The notes: a model not told the origin generated them from the letters alone. DNA of 64,000 nucleotides from Parachlamydiales bacterium (GCA_947474635.1 CANJJB010000002.1:6533-70532), one strand, 5' to 3'. Counted from the first letter of the stretch, positions 48,294 through 56,875 are shown. Translations and numbers: made by a program.

Positions 48294-48421
48294 CCCTTTA
48301 TTGGGAAAGCAGCGAAAGTTCCCAGGGTTCAATGATTACAGACGGGGCCATATTAATTTAATATTGACTGCCTCTATAATCATTGAACCGCAAGAACTTT
48401 GGCTACTTTCCCAACAAAGGG
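48294..48421. repeat. long imperfect inverted repeat (45-nt arms, 38-nt loop) in the mlaE-mlaF spacer
   Basis: 48294-48338 pairs with 48377-48421. There are 3 transition mismatches (G-U compatible) and one 4-nt internal loop. Confidence 0.55.
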
Positions 48422-48442
48422 TATTTACGATATCCGGTATAA

Positions 48443-49264
48443 TTAATCTAAAAAGTTGGAGATTTTTTCGCGGAGCACATTCAGAATCACGGTCAGAAAA
48501 AAGTTGCTAAACAAAATACAGCAATACGAAATCACAACGCTATTGGTGGTAGATTTTCCGACACCTTCCGCACCGCCGGATGTCTTCATTCCTTTGTAAC
48601 AAGAGATGGTCATAATAAGAAACCCAAAGACAAAAGCTTTTACCATCCCTGTCAGCACATCAAACATCGTAATATGGGTGGGCATTGGATCAAAGTAACT
48701 CGTAGGAGCCATACCGAAATAAAAGACAGAAATTAGATATCCCCCAAATATCCCCATGATGATGCCAAATAGTGTCAAAAGGGGCATGATGCCGGTTCCT
48801 GCAAGGCATCTAGGCGCTAGGAGGTAGCGGTGAGGATTGACAGCCATGGTCTCTAGTGCATCGACCTGCTCTGTCACGCACATTGTTCCTAGCTCTGCGC
48901 ACATCGAAGCGCCGACTCTTCCTGTCACCATGAAAGCTGTCAAAACAGGACCAAGTTCTGTGATCATAGCTTTAGCAACCATAAGTCCTGTAACACCCGA
49001 TAGACCTTTATCAGATAGTTGGTAAAAAGATTGCGCAGCAAGTACAAGGCCTGTGAAAAAGCCAGTGATAGCTACAACAGGTAAAGAGGCAACTCCAATG
49101 TCATAGAGCTGTTTAAGCACGAGTTTCAAATGGGGAGGGCGGACAATCGTTGCTTTGCAGATATCAACAAGAAGGCGCATGTATTCGCCCACTCCTGAGG
49201 CAAAGCGGAGCCGACTCATGACAAACTGCAGGGTGGGGCTAAGGTGTTTTTCTTGATGTTCCAT
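48443..49264 (-). CDS. mlaE: ABC transporter permease, MlaE-like
   Basis: 273 aa, multi-TM, with conserved VTGRVGASMCAELGTM..EQVDAL block. Confidence 0.88.
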   Translation of the reverse strand: MEHQEKHLSPTLQFVMSRLRFASGVGEYMRLLVDICKATIVRPPHLKLVLKQLYDIGVASLPVVAITGFFTGLVLAAQSFYQLSDKGLSGVTGLMVAKAMITELGPVLTAFMVTGRVGASMCAELGTMCVTEQVDALETMAVNPHRYLLAPRCLAGTGIMPLLTLFGIIMGIFGGYLISVFYFGMAPTSYFDPMPTHITMFDVLTGMVKAFVFGFLIMTISCYKGMKTSGGAEGVGKSTTNSVVISYCCILFSNFFLTVILNVLREKISNFLD

Positions 49265-49314
49265 CTTACACTAAATAGCATAAATAATCTTTATTGGGAA
49301 GAACTTGACATAAC

Positions 49315-49331
49315 GTAACCAAATTGGTTAC
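49315..49331. promoter_or_regulatory. 17-bp palindrome GTAACCAA-A-TTGGTTAC upstream of mlaE
   Basis: Perfect 8-1-8 palindrome, about 50 nt upstream of the mlaE start. Confidence 0.25.
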
Positions 49332-49542
49332 AACGCCTACAAATGAGAGTTTTGTGGCGATCAGGACGTTTAAGGCATAAGGGTCTGAGAAGGCTTTTGA
49401 ATCTGGAAGCAAAGCTGGTGTACAGACAGCCCATGCGAGAAAGATAGAAGTTAAAGATATGAATTTTCCAGGATCTGATTTTCATCCATTGAAAGGATTT
49501 TATTCAGTGCAAAAGTAGCTCTTTTTTAGACCACCTTTGATA

Positions 49543-49706
49543 TATACTCGTTACAGCTGAATCTGAGATTTTTGACGACGTCGGCTTTGCGTCGAAATTT
49601 TAGTCTTCTCTCGCGCCTTGCCCTTGGCAATGGTCGCTCGTTCCAGACAGAAAATTTTGAGCAACCTCCTTGTCAAAAAATCTCAGATTCAGCTGTAACG
49701 AGTATA
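49543..49706. repeat. 164-bp element bounded by 34/35-nt near-perfect terminal inverted repeats (MITE-like element or structured RNA)
   Basis: TATACTCGTTACAGCTGAATCTGAGATTTTTGAC at 49543-49576 matches its reverse complement at 49672-49706 with one extra T. The two arms flank 95 nt of non-coding sequence. Confidence 0.6.
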
Positions 49707-49717
49707 GAAGCTGGTCA

Positions 49718-49747
49718 GCCACTTTCAGTTTTAAAACTGAAAGTGGC
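49718..49747. terminator. 30-nt perfect palindrome hairpin after the type III operon
   Basis: GCCACTTTCAGTT-TTAA-AACTGAAAGTGGC, 12 nt downstream of the stop at 49760. Confidence 0.5.
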
Positions 49748-49759
49748 ATGAGCTTATTT

Positions 49760-50344
49760 TTAAGAGTGGCTAGCGATTTGTTTGACTAGGGTTGTGAGCG
49801 TGTCTTGCGCGCTTCTTGTGCTAGTTAGGCAAGCAGCATTCTCTTTGTGAAATTTGTCTAATTCTTCTGAACTAAATTTATACGTTTCTGCATTACCTTG
49901 CAAGAAAGCGATGGCAGTTTGAGAAATCCCTTGAACAAGGCTAGAACTCATATCCGCATACCCTTTTTGAGTATCGTATTTTGTCTTAAGTTTTGCCAGC
50001 GCGGCATATCCCGCTCTGCTAGTATCTATTGGCGCTAGAGTAGCAGCTAGATTGGCTGAAAGAGAACCTAGACCGATAGATCTCATCTGTAAACAACCAG
50101 AACCTATGGTAGCTGCTAATTGAAAGACTGTCTGCATCGAGCCATTATTGAAAGATCCATCAAGTGAAATTTTATTAGCCATAATTTTTCTGACTCTCTC
50201 TAATAAATCTCTGGAGAGATCTTGCAAGTTTTCGCTTAGACGAACAGATAAAGCTGTCTGCGTTCTTAAAAAATCCACAATTAAATCTTGAGGGCGCACA
50301 TTTGAAAGGGTAGGAGTGGTTGATTGTACTTCTTGGATTGCCAT
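49760..50344 (-). CDS. small type III translocator-like protein (one hydrophobic segment; CopD/YopD-class candidate)
   Basis: 194 aa with a single central hydrophobic stretch (VFQLAATIGSGCLQMRSIGLGSL). Last gene of the chaperone operon. Confidence 0.45.
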   Translation of the reverse strand: MAIQEVQSTTPTLSNVRPQDLIVDFLRTQTALSVRLSENLQDLSRDLLERVRKIMANKISLDGSFNNGSMQTVFQLAATIGSGCLQMRSIGLGSLSANLAATLAPIDTSRAGYAALAKLKTKYDTQKGYADMSSSLVQGISQTAIAFLQGNAETYKFSSEELDKFHKENAACLTSTRSAQDTLTTLVKQIASHS

Positions 50345-50348
50345 AAAA

Positions 50349-51134
50349 TTACCTTGTTATAAAATTTGTTTTTGTAGCTATGTATTGACTCATAACATCA
50401 TTTAAAAATGAAACATTTGTTGCAACACTTTTGATGTTGTCTGCCATCGAGCCTGTCATCTCTTGGAGTTTTTGTTGCATTGCTTCTGTTAGGAATTGCA
50501 AAGCTTCTAGTTCTCCCTCTTTCCAGGTAAGACGGGCCTCATATATGCCGCCAGCAACACCTGAAATGACTTCCGTTATTTTTACGCCTGATTTAAGGAA
50601 TTCCACTATATCCGTAGGAGAGATCTGTACTTGGAAATAAGAGAAAAATAGAGCAGTTGCTAAGAGAGGACCCAGATACCGGCCTGCTTTGCTTAAGTCT
50701 TTTTGCTCTACTCCTGTGGAAAGAGCATTATAAATAAAGGGAAGAAGCCCAAGGGCTATTCCTATAAGAGAAGCTGTAGGACTTGGTGAGGACATCCCTG
50801 CAAAAAGAGCAAATGCAGAGCCTACTAAAGAGCAGATACTTAGGACAGCAGACCACACTCTACTTGACGCAAGAAGAGAGGCTCTACTTTCTAGTTTTTT
50901 TAGATGCTCATTGCTAAAGCTACTTAAATTCTCCATGAGAGCATTACAAACATTTACGGCAATCTTTATGTAATTAGCGTTATTGAAGTCAATTTTATTA
51001 GCAAGCTCAACCATAGCAAATCCAAGACACTGGGTTGGAGCCTCTAATTTGGGCTCAACAGTAAAAGGGGATACAACAGGAGCTTGCTCTGTAGAAGGAA
51101 ATAATCGAGCGGCTTCAGTAACATGTAAAATCAT
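50349..51134 (-). CDS. small type III translocator-like protein (2-3 hydrophobic segments; CopB/YopB-class candidate)
   Basis: 261 aa with central TM hairpin (VWSAVLSICSLVGSAFALFAG, LIGIALGLLPFIY, LGPLLATALFF) and a helical C-terminus. 4-nt overlap with the chaperone gene. Confidence 0.5.
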   Translation of the reverse strand: MILHVTEAARLFPSTEQAPVVSPFTVEPKLEAPTQCLGFAMVELANKIDFNNANYIKIAVNVCNALMENLSSFSNEHLKKLESRASLLASSRVWSAVLSICSLVGSAFALFAGMSSPSPTASLIGIALGLLPFIYNALSTGVEQKDLSKAGRYLGPLLATALFFSYFQVQISPTDIVEFLKSGVKITEVISGVAGGIYEARLTWKEGELEALQFLTEAMQQKLQEMTGSMADNIKSVATNVSFLNDVMSQYIATKTNFITR

Positions 51135-51526
51135 AGAAGTTTCCTCAACTGTTGGAGATTACTTTGGAGCTCTTTATTAAAGGATGCCATCTCTTCAGCA
51201 AGAACAATTGCTTTTAGGGCATCTTCTTTATTGCCAAGAGCGATTAAACACTGCGCTGCATGAAAATGCGCCATAGGATCATGCTCATCTAGGAGAACAA
51301 CCATTGCCCAAGAAGAAATTGCTTCTTCCAGGTTGCCGCTTAGTTGGAGGCACGAGGCAAGGCCTTTCCAATACTTACACTTTAAAGCGGAAACAGCTAC
51401 CAGCCGCTTAAATAACTTCACAGCTTCTGCATAGTTTTTACAAGTATAGGCGTCATAAGCAAGGGCGTAGAGTCTCTCTTTTTCTGCCTCTGACAAAGTA
51501 CTGATGTTCTTTGAAGTAGAGATCAT
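51131..51526 (-). CDS. class II type III secretion chaperone (LcrH/SycD/Scc2-like TPR protein)
   Basis: 131 aa with three TPR-like units (YALAYDAYTCKNYAEAVKLFKRL, YWKGLASCLQLSGNLEEAISSW, HFHAAQCLIALGNKEDALKA). Confidence 0.8.
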   Translation of the reverse strand: MISTSKNISTLSEAEKERLYALAYDAYTCKNYAEAVKLFKRLVAVSALKCKYWKGLASCLQLSGNLEEAISSWAMVVLLDEHDPMAHFHAAQCLIALGNKEDALKAIVLAEEMASFNKELQSNLQQLRKLL

Positions 51527-52038
51527 GCTCTTTGGTTCCGTGTCATGGTTTTTCCAGACTCTGCGTAACTATTGACTATCTTTCCCATGATATCACTGAT
51601 CTCTTTGAGGGTTTTTAAGAGGTTGTCTAATTGGGCTGTCTCTGGGCTCATCTTCATGTTGCGGTTATTAACTTGATCACGCGCGCACTGAATGAGAGTA
51701 TCGTATTTACCGTTTGCTTCTTTGAGCTTGTCAACAAGAGCATGTTCATCGTAATGGCCAGGCTCTCCATTTTTTAGAGCAAAAGGCATGAGTTCTGTCA
51801 CTTTTTTAAAGAGCTCTGTGTGCTGCGTAACATCGATTTCTTTTCCTTCATTTGTATGGAGAAGAGCAATAAAATCGGTGATCGTCTGAATTTCCGTTTG
51901 AATTTCTTTAAGCACTTCTATGCGCTCAACACTTTTAGCGTGACTTTCCGCTTCAATTCTTATAAAGGCATCTACAGCGTCACGGGCTGGATTTTGGAAT
52001 AGAACATCAGGCATAAAATCTCCTTTTTTATCACTCAA
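51523..52038 (-). CDS. hypothetical helical protein, first gene of the chaperone operon
   Basis: 171 aa, all-helical in composition. 4-nt overlap with the chaperone gene. Confidence 0.55.
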   Translation of the reverse strand: MSDKKGDFMPDVLFQNPARDAVDAFIRIEAESHAKSVERIEVLKEIQTEIQTITDFIALLHTNEGKEIDVTQHTELFKKVTELMPFALKNGEPGHYDEHALVDKLKEANGKYDTLIQCARDQVNNRNMKMSPETAQLDNLLKTLKEISDIMGKIVNSYAESGKTMTRNQRA

Positions 52039-52130
52039 GTAATGAATTGTTCTGCCTAAAATAACATAAGAGACATTTTATGTGTTAAAAAAAATAAATT
52101 TCCAATATATCAATAATTTGTCTATGGAGC

Positions 52131-52222
52131 TCCTCACGGAATTGAAAAAACACGATTCCGTGAGGAATATTTGGGGTGCAATTGCTCCTCATGGAAATGC
52201 ATTTTTGCAATTCCGTGAGGAG
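52131..52222. repeat. two tandem hairpins built from four copies of one 12-13-mer (CTCCTCACGGAAT)
   Basis: Copies at 52131-52142 (+), 52155-52166 (inverted), 52185-52198 (+, variant) and 52210-52222 (inverted). Confidence 0.55.
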
Positions 52223-52248
52223 GCCTATAGATAAAATTCTGCTCAATC

Positions 52249-52281
52249 AGTGATTCTTATTCCATTTGAAAGAGAGCTTGG
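52249..52281. repeat. direct repeat copy A: relic of the tamB 3' end (encodes ..KLSFKWNKNH-stop on the minus strand)
   Basis: 30 of 33 positions are identical to 53452-53484. All three differences are transitions. Confidence 0.85.
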
Positions 52282-52289
52282 GGAAAAAA

Positions 52290-53336
52290 TCAGGCCAGGC
52301 GCTTCAGCCTGTAATGGGCAGCTTTTTTAATTCCTTCTTGCGTAATGATCCCTTTTTCTATGAGATCTGCAAGATCTCTTTGTAAAGAACGTCTATTTAT
52401 TCCTGGGCAAAGTGCTTCATAGTCTTGAATGTTAAAATCTTTTTCTTTTGTCATCAGGCTTTCTAATACCTGTTTTTGCCTTTTAGAAAGCTTGTGCTGA
52501 AGCACTAGAACATCTAGTTGCATAGCTTGTGATCCTTTGAGTTGGATTTCATGCATTTGGGTTTCTAACGCTTTGCAGAAATATTCAAGCCAGCTTGTCA
52601 TATCCATGTTGCTGTTTCTAACGGATTGGAGCGCATGGTAGTAATCTTGTCTATTCCGGTCATAGTATTGGCTAATGGTGAAAAGCTTTTTAAAATCATA
52701 GCCTGAACGATAAAGACACAAGGTGGAAAGAAGACGGGAGGTCCTGCCGTTTCCATCGACAAAGGGGTGGATGTGGACGAGCTGAAACTGCGCTATTCCA
52801 GCAGCAAGAACGGGAGGAATTGTTTGTTCATTTTGGAGCCAATCCGTGAGTTCAGTCATCAGAAGAGGTACGTCATAAGGTGCGGGCGGGGTGTAGATGA
52901 TTTCTTTGGTTTTTGAGTTAGCGACATAATTTTGAATCGTTCTGTATTGCCCTGGCTGCGCTGTATTACCCCTTACTCCTTCCACTAAGCGTCTATGAAT
53001 TTCCCTAATCAAGCCTTCGGTGATCGTCCCCCTAGAGAAGACATAGTCCGCAACAAAATCAAAAGCCTTTTTATAGTTGAGTAGTTCTTTTACATCTTCA
53101 GAATCAACATCTGACATTTTTTCGCCTGAAATGAGTCTTTCAGACTGGTCCAGGCTTAACTGCGTGCCTTCTATGTGTGTTGTGTGATGGGCTTCCAAAA
53201 TTAATGCACGAGCTTGCATTTTGGATATCCAGTCTTTTGAAAGGGTTGCTGCTTCCAAAAAACCACGTGTGCGCTCAATGGCAGTAAGGGCCGATGCTAT
53301 GGGGATAGAAATAGTGAATTTAGGCTCAAAAGACAT
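52290..53336 (-). CDS. Fic-domain protein (AMPylase-type) with N-terminal inhibitory-type motif
   Basis: Fic motif [12 protein letters not shown], upstream T-x3-E-G motif (TTHIEG), and a winged-helix-like C-terminus. Confidence 0.9.
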   Translation of the reverse strand: MSFEPKFTISIPIASALTAIERTRGFLEAATLSKDWISKMQARALILEAHHTTHIEGTQLSLDQSERLISGEKMSDVDSEDVKELLNYKKAFDFVADYVFSRGTITEGLIREIHRRLVEGVRGNTAQPGQYRTIQNYVANSKTKEIIYTPPAPYDVPLLMTELTDWLQNEQTIPPVLAAGIAQFQLVHIHPFVDGNGRTSRLLSTLCLYRSGYDFKKLFTISQYYDRNRQDYYHALQSVRNSNMDMTSWLEYFCKALETQMHEIQLKGSQAMQLDVLVLQHKLSKRQKQVLESLMTKEKDFNIQDYEALCPGINRRSLQRDLADLIEKGIITQEGIKKAAHYRLKRLA

Positions 53337-53340
53337 GGTT

Positions 53341-53446
53341 TTACGACACTTTTTTCTTTATTATGTCATAAAAGGCTATATCGAGCAATTTTTTTACGAC
53401 ATTTTATGACATTTTTTACGACAAAATTTCTGGAAATGTGTCGTAA
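53341..53446. promoter_or_regulatory. array of six TTA[CT]GACA boxes upstream of the Fic gene
   Basis: TTACGACA at 53341, 53394 and 53416. TTATGACA at 53404. Inverted copies TGTCATAA at 53364 and TGTCGTAA at 53439. Confidence 0.4.
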
Positions 53447-53449
53447 AAG

Positions 53450-56400
53450 CTAGTAATTCTTATTCCATTTGAGAGAGAACTTGGCTTGCTCATCTTCTTG
53501 GGTTTCTGCTTGGAGAACAAAGCCATTTTTGAGTTCGACTTCGACGAGGACATGGCTGGTTTCTGTGCCTTGTGAAAGAGTGATCATGACGCCTTTGGTG
53601 AGGTACTTACCGATTTGGACGGTAAACTGATTCGAGTCGCCAGAAGGGGAGCTGATGTTGAGGCGGTCAACGCCGATGCTTTTACGGATCATCTCAAAGA
53701 CGTTGGGGCCTGAGTTGCCAGAGAGTGAGACAATGGAGTAGGCAAGCTGCGCTGCTTGGAGGGCGCTGAGTTCTGAGACGTCTTTATTAAAGAGGATTCT
53801 AGCTAGTATAGAGCTTGTTGGCATAGAGGGGCTAGATTGGAGTGTGAGTAGGGGAGCGTTTAGCGGACCGCGGAGGAGTGCTGTGACAGTCATTTCGGGA
53901 AGTACTAGCGTGCCAGATAAGTTCAGGTAGGCGCTGGGTGTAGGGGAGTTTATAAAACTTAAGGCGCCCTGGTTTAAGGTAAAATCTTTGCCTGAAAAAG
54001 AAAATGTTCCCTTGATGAGGTTAAGACTACCTTCTCCTTCTATAGAGAGGTTTTTCCCTTTGATGATGAGATCACCCTGGAGCTCTGCATTTAAACCTCT
54101 TCCTGAGAGAAAGATGTGTCCGGGGGCGTGGAAAATGAGATCGTAATAGAAGGGGTAATCACGTTGAGATGTGGGCCTGATTTTACTGACATGAGGAGGC
54201 TTATTGATGTACTCAAAAGGAAGAACGGGAAGATCGATAGGGAGTTCATCAGGTATTTCAATCTGAGCTTTTTTCAAAGTGACTTCCCCTTTAGCAAGTG
54301 TGCTCTCTGTGCTACCGGAAAGAGAAACAGGTCCTGAAAATAAACCAGAGAGCCAGTTCAGATGTAAGACGTTTAAATGGTCGATGTTGAAATCAAAGGA
54401 GAAGGGTATTTTTGGAGCGCAGGCAACAGTTCCTGTACCAGTAAGAGTTCCTTTATCTTGATCGGTTGCTGTAATGGAGGTGATTTTAATGTCGCTACCT
54501 TGTGCTATTCCTTCTAAATAGATCTCTTTTAAGAACATGCCTGTGAAATAGTTTTCATAGGAGCCATTTTGAATGTTGAGAGTGCCTTGGGTGAGGGGGG
54601 TGTTGAAGTTATTGGATAAAAGGAGGTGGCAAGAGAGAAGGCCTGTTGTTGAGTGACTTCCAATGTTGATGAAATCAAAAATTTCTTCCAAGTGCCCTTC
54701 CATGGTAAGCTCTGCCCAGAGGGGTTTTATCCGGTCAATACCAAAACGGAGGGGATAAAAGTTGTACACGATGGGAGCTGTCCCGGTAATTTCAAAAAAC
54801 TGATCGCCCGAGGCTTTAAAATTGCCATGCACTTGCATGATATTCTGATCGATGTTGATTTGCAAAGCGCCTTTGCTGTGTATGGGCACTTTTTTGCCGG
54901 ACTGCAATATGTCTGCTTTTTCCAGAAGGATGTTAGCTCTTCCGGTAAGAGCCTCTTGCGAGCCGTCGATAGAAATGTCTAGAGAGGAGTTGCCTTGGAG
55001 CGTAAATTTGGAAGTCGTAAGGGTTAAGAGGTCGATGGGGAAGTGCTCTGCTTTGACTCTGATTTTTGAGACTGTAGGATTTAAATCAAGTGAAGCTAAA
55101 AAATAACCCCCTTTTAGCTTTAGATCAAACTCTGACATGACAAGCGCTTTGTCACTTAGCTGAATAGAAAAAGGTTTTTGTAGCTCAAAGGATTTTTTCA
55201 GGATGGTGCCCTTGAGGTAATCACATTGGACATCAAAAAAGGGTCTTGCGATATAGAAAGATCCAGAAGATACGCACTCAAAAGGCTCTTTCCATAGGCC
55301 CTTTGCAGAAAAGTCAAAGGTTGATCTCTCTTGCGTTAGATGCGTGGAAAACTCAAATTGATCAAATAAAAACTGTTTAAAGTAGGTATTTTGCCCCTCT
55401 AAGGTAAGCTCTCCACGGGGGTTGTTGAAAAGATCTATAGCTGTAGCTGTTATATTCATTTGAGAAGAGAGAAGATCGTAGCATCGGAGGTTTTGAGTAA
55501 GGCCATAAAAAGAGGTGCTAGGGCCTGTAAAAGAAAGCGATCCTGCTAAAGAGCCTTGGAGCTGAGAGTCTGGAAAAAATAGCTCTAAAGGGGAGAGGTC
55601 TTGTGCTCTTACAAAAAAAGAGCCTTCTACCGACTTATCAGATATTAACAAAGTAGCGTCGCCGGCTATTTGAGATGTCGCAACCATTAATGAGAGGTCC
55701 TTGACTTGGAAACTACTGTCTTGCGCAAAAGAAAAGAGCGTATTTAGTTTGATAGGAGCAGATGTATGAGGCGCATCCCAGTCAAGTTCTCCATTCCACA
55801 TATTATCATTAAGAAGTGCCTGCAGTTTTCCTTTGGGGAGGTGATAAGAAGCTGAGGAGATTTTCAGTTCATTGCTTTCAAATGTGCAAGAGAGGTTGCT
55901 TTTTGTATACGCAACTTCTCCTGTTAAAATCCCGCCAAGTAGCGGAGAAAAATAAGAGAGGTGGGGAAGAAGAAAAGAGGCGGAAGCGCTCTTAGGCGCA
56001 AAATGCTCATTAAAACTTCCCTCTCCTTTGAAACAAACAAGATCACTTTTCAAAGAGATGTGGTGGACATCCAGAGCTCTGCCAGGAAAAAAAGAGAGCC
56101 ATGCTTCAAAAGTTCCTGCCAAGTCTCTACCGTCTATGGAGCGCAGCTGAGATTTAATAGAGGCTTTAATAGGAAGAGAGGAAAAGCTCTGCCAAGGTCC
56201 TTCAAATGCTATATCCACGGCAAAAGAGGCTTCGAAAGGAAAAACATAGAAAGGAGATAAGGCTTCTTTTGATTTTACATCTGCTTTGATAAATCCGGAG
56301 AGAGTATCTGCTCTCTTTTGCCCTTCGATATGGGATGTGAGCATAAGTTCTGATGAGGTAAGACCTGCTTCTATGGAAAAAGCCTTCCCTTTCTTTTTAA

Positions 56401-56875
56401 AGAAAGCTTTTCCCTGAAAAGAACACTCCATTTGGCTCCCTGTATCTATATCATGGAGGGATAGGTGATTTATTTTTGCAGATTTTACTGAAAAGGCCCA
56501 TGGAGATGCAAAAGAGACGCTGGCCTCTCTATCTTTTTTTCTGAAAAAGAGATCTGCATTTTCTATATGAAAATAGCTAATTGCTATCTGCTTTCTTAAT
56601 AAGGGAAGCATGGAAAATCTAACACGCATCGTGTCGATGTGAAGAGTATCTGTGTCATTAAATTCTACCCGGATATCTTTAAGCGTCCACTTGAAGGGAA
56701 GCTCTCCTTGGATAGATCCTATTTTAAGAGAGTAGCCCTGTTCTTTAGCTGCTTCAAACATTTTTTTGCTAAGCGCATTACGTACCCACTCTGTTTGAAA
56801 GGTTGCAAGTAGGATCACGGTAAGAGTTAAACAGCTAATTGCTAATGTAATGAGGTACTTAAGTAATCTGCTCAT
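53450..56875 (-). CDS. tamB: translocation and assembly module subunit TamB-like protein
   Basis: 1141 aa with an N-terminal signal anchor, a long beta-rich body and a DUF490-like C-terminus. Its start immediately follows the Omp85-family gene (stop at 56876). Confidence 0.82.
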   Translation of the reverse strand: MSRLLKYLITLAISCLTLTVILLATFQTEWVRNALSKKMFEAAKEQGYSLKIGSIQGELPFKWTLKDIRVEFNDTDTLHIDTMRVRFSMLPLLRKQIAISYFHIENADLFFRKKDREASVSFASPWAFSVKSAKINHLSLHDIDTGSQMECSFQGKAFFKKKGKAFSIEAGLTSSELMLTSHIEGQKRADTLSGFIKADVKSKEALSPFYVFPFEASFAVDIAFEGPWQSFSSLPIKASIKSQLRSIDGRDLAGTFEAWLSFFPGRALDVHHISLKSDLVCFKGEGSFNEHFAPKSASASFLLPHLSYFSPLLGGILTGEVAYTKSNLSCTFESNELKISSASYHLPKGKLQALLNDNMWNGELDWDAPHTSAPIKLNTLFSFAQDSSFQVKDLSLMVATSQIAGDATLLISDKSVEGSFFVRAQDLSPLELFFPDSQLQGSLAGSLSFTGPSTSFYGLTQNLRCYDLLSSQMNITATAIDLFNNPRGELTLEGQNTYFKQFLFDQFEFSTHLTQERSTFDFSAKGLWKEPFECVSSGSFYIARPFFDVQCDYLKGTILKKSFELQKPFSIQLSDKALVMSEFDLKLKGGYFLASLDLNPTVSKIRVKAEHFPIDLLTLTTSKFTLQGNSSLDISIDGSQEALTGRANILLEKADILQSGKKVPIHSKGALQINIDQNIMQVHGNFKASGDQFFEITGTAPIVYNFYPLRFGIDRIKPLWAELTMEGHLEEIFDFINIGSHSTTGLLSCHLLLSNNFNTPLTQGTLNIQNGSYENYFTGMFLKEIYLEGIAQGSDIKITSITATDQDKGTLTGTGTVACAPKIPFSFDFNIDHLNVLHLNWLSGLFSGPVSLSGSTESTLAKGEVTLKKAQIEIPDELPIDLPVLPFEYINKPPHVSKIRPTSQRDYPFYYDLIFHAPGHIFLSGRGLNAELQGDLIIKGKNLSIEGEGSLNLIKGTFSFSGKDFTLNQGALSFINSPTPSAYLNLSGTLVLPEMTVTALLRGPLNAPLLTLQSSPSMPTSSILARILFNKDVSELSALQAAQLAYSIVSLSGNSGPNVFEMIRKSIGVDRLNISSPSGDSNQFTVQIGKYLTKGVMITLSQGTETSHVLVEVELKNGFVLQAETQEDEQAKFSLKWNKNY
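53452..53484. repeat. direct repeat copy B: functional 3' end of tamB (..KFSLKWNKNY-stop)
   Basis: See copy A at 52249-52281. Confidence 0.85.

Larger units (their letters stand above)
52249..53484. mobile_element. putative inserted Fic cassette bounded by 33-nt imperfect direct repeats
   Basis: The repeats are described in the features at 52249-52281 and 53452-53484. The repeat period is 1203 bp. The interval holds the Fic gene and its upstream motif array only. Confidence 0.45.

Noticed and set aside
49291-49485. 64-aa minus-strand ORF in the mla / type III intergenic gap
   Set aside because: It has no RBS and an odd Cys/Arg-rich composition, and it overlaps the putative mlaE promoter and palindrome. 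It is probably non-coding.
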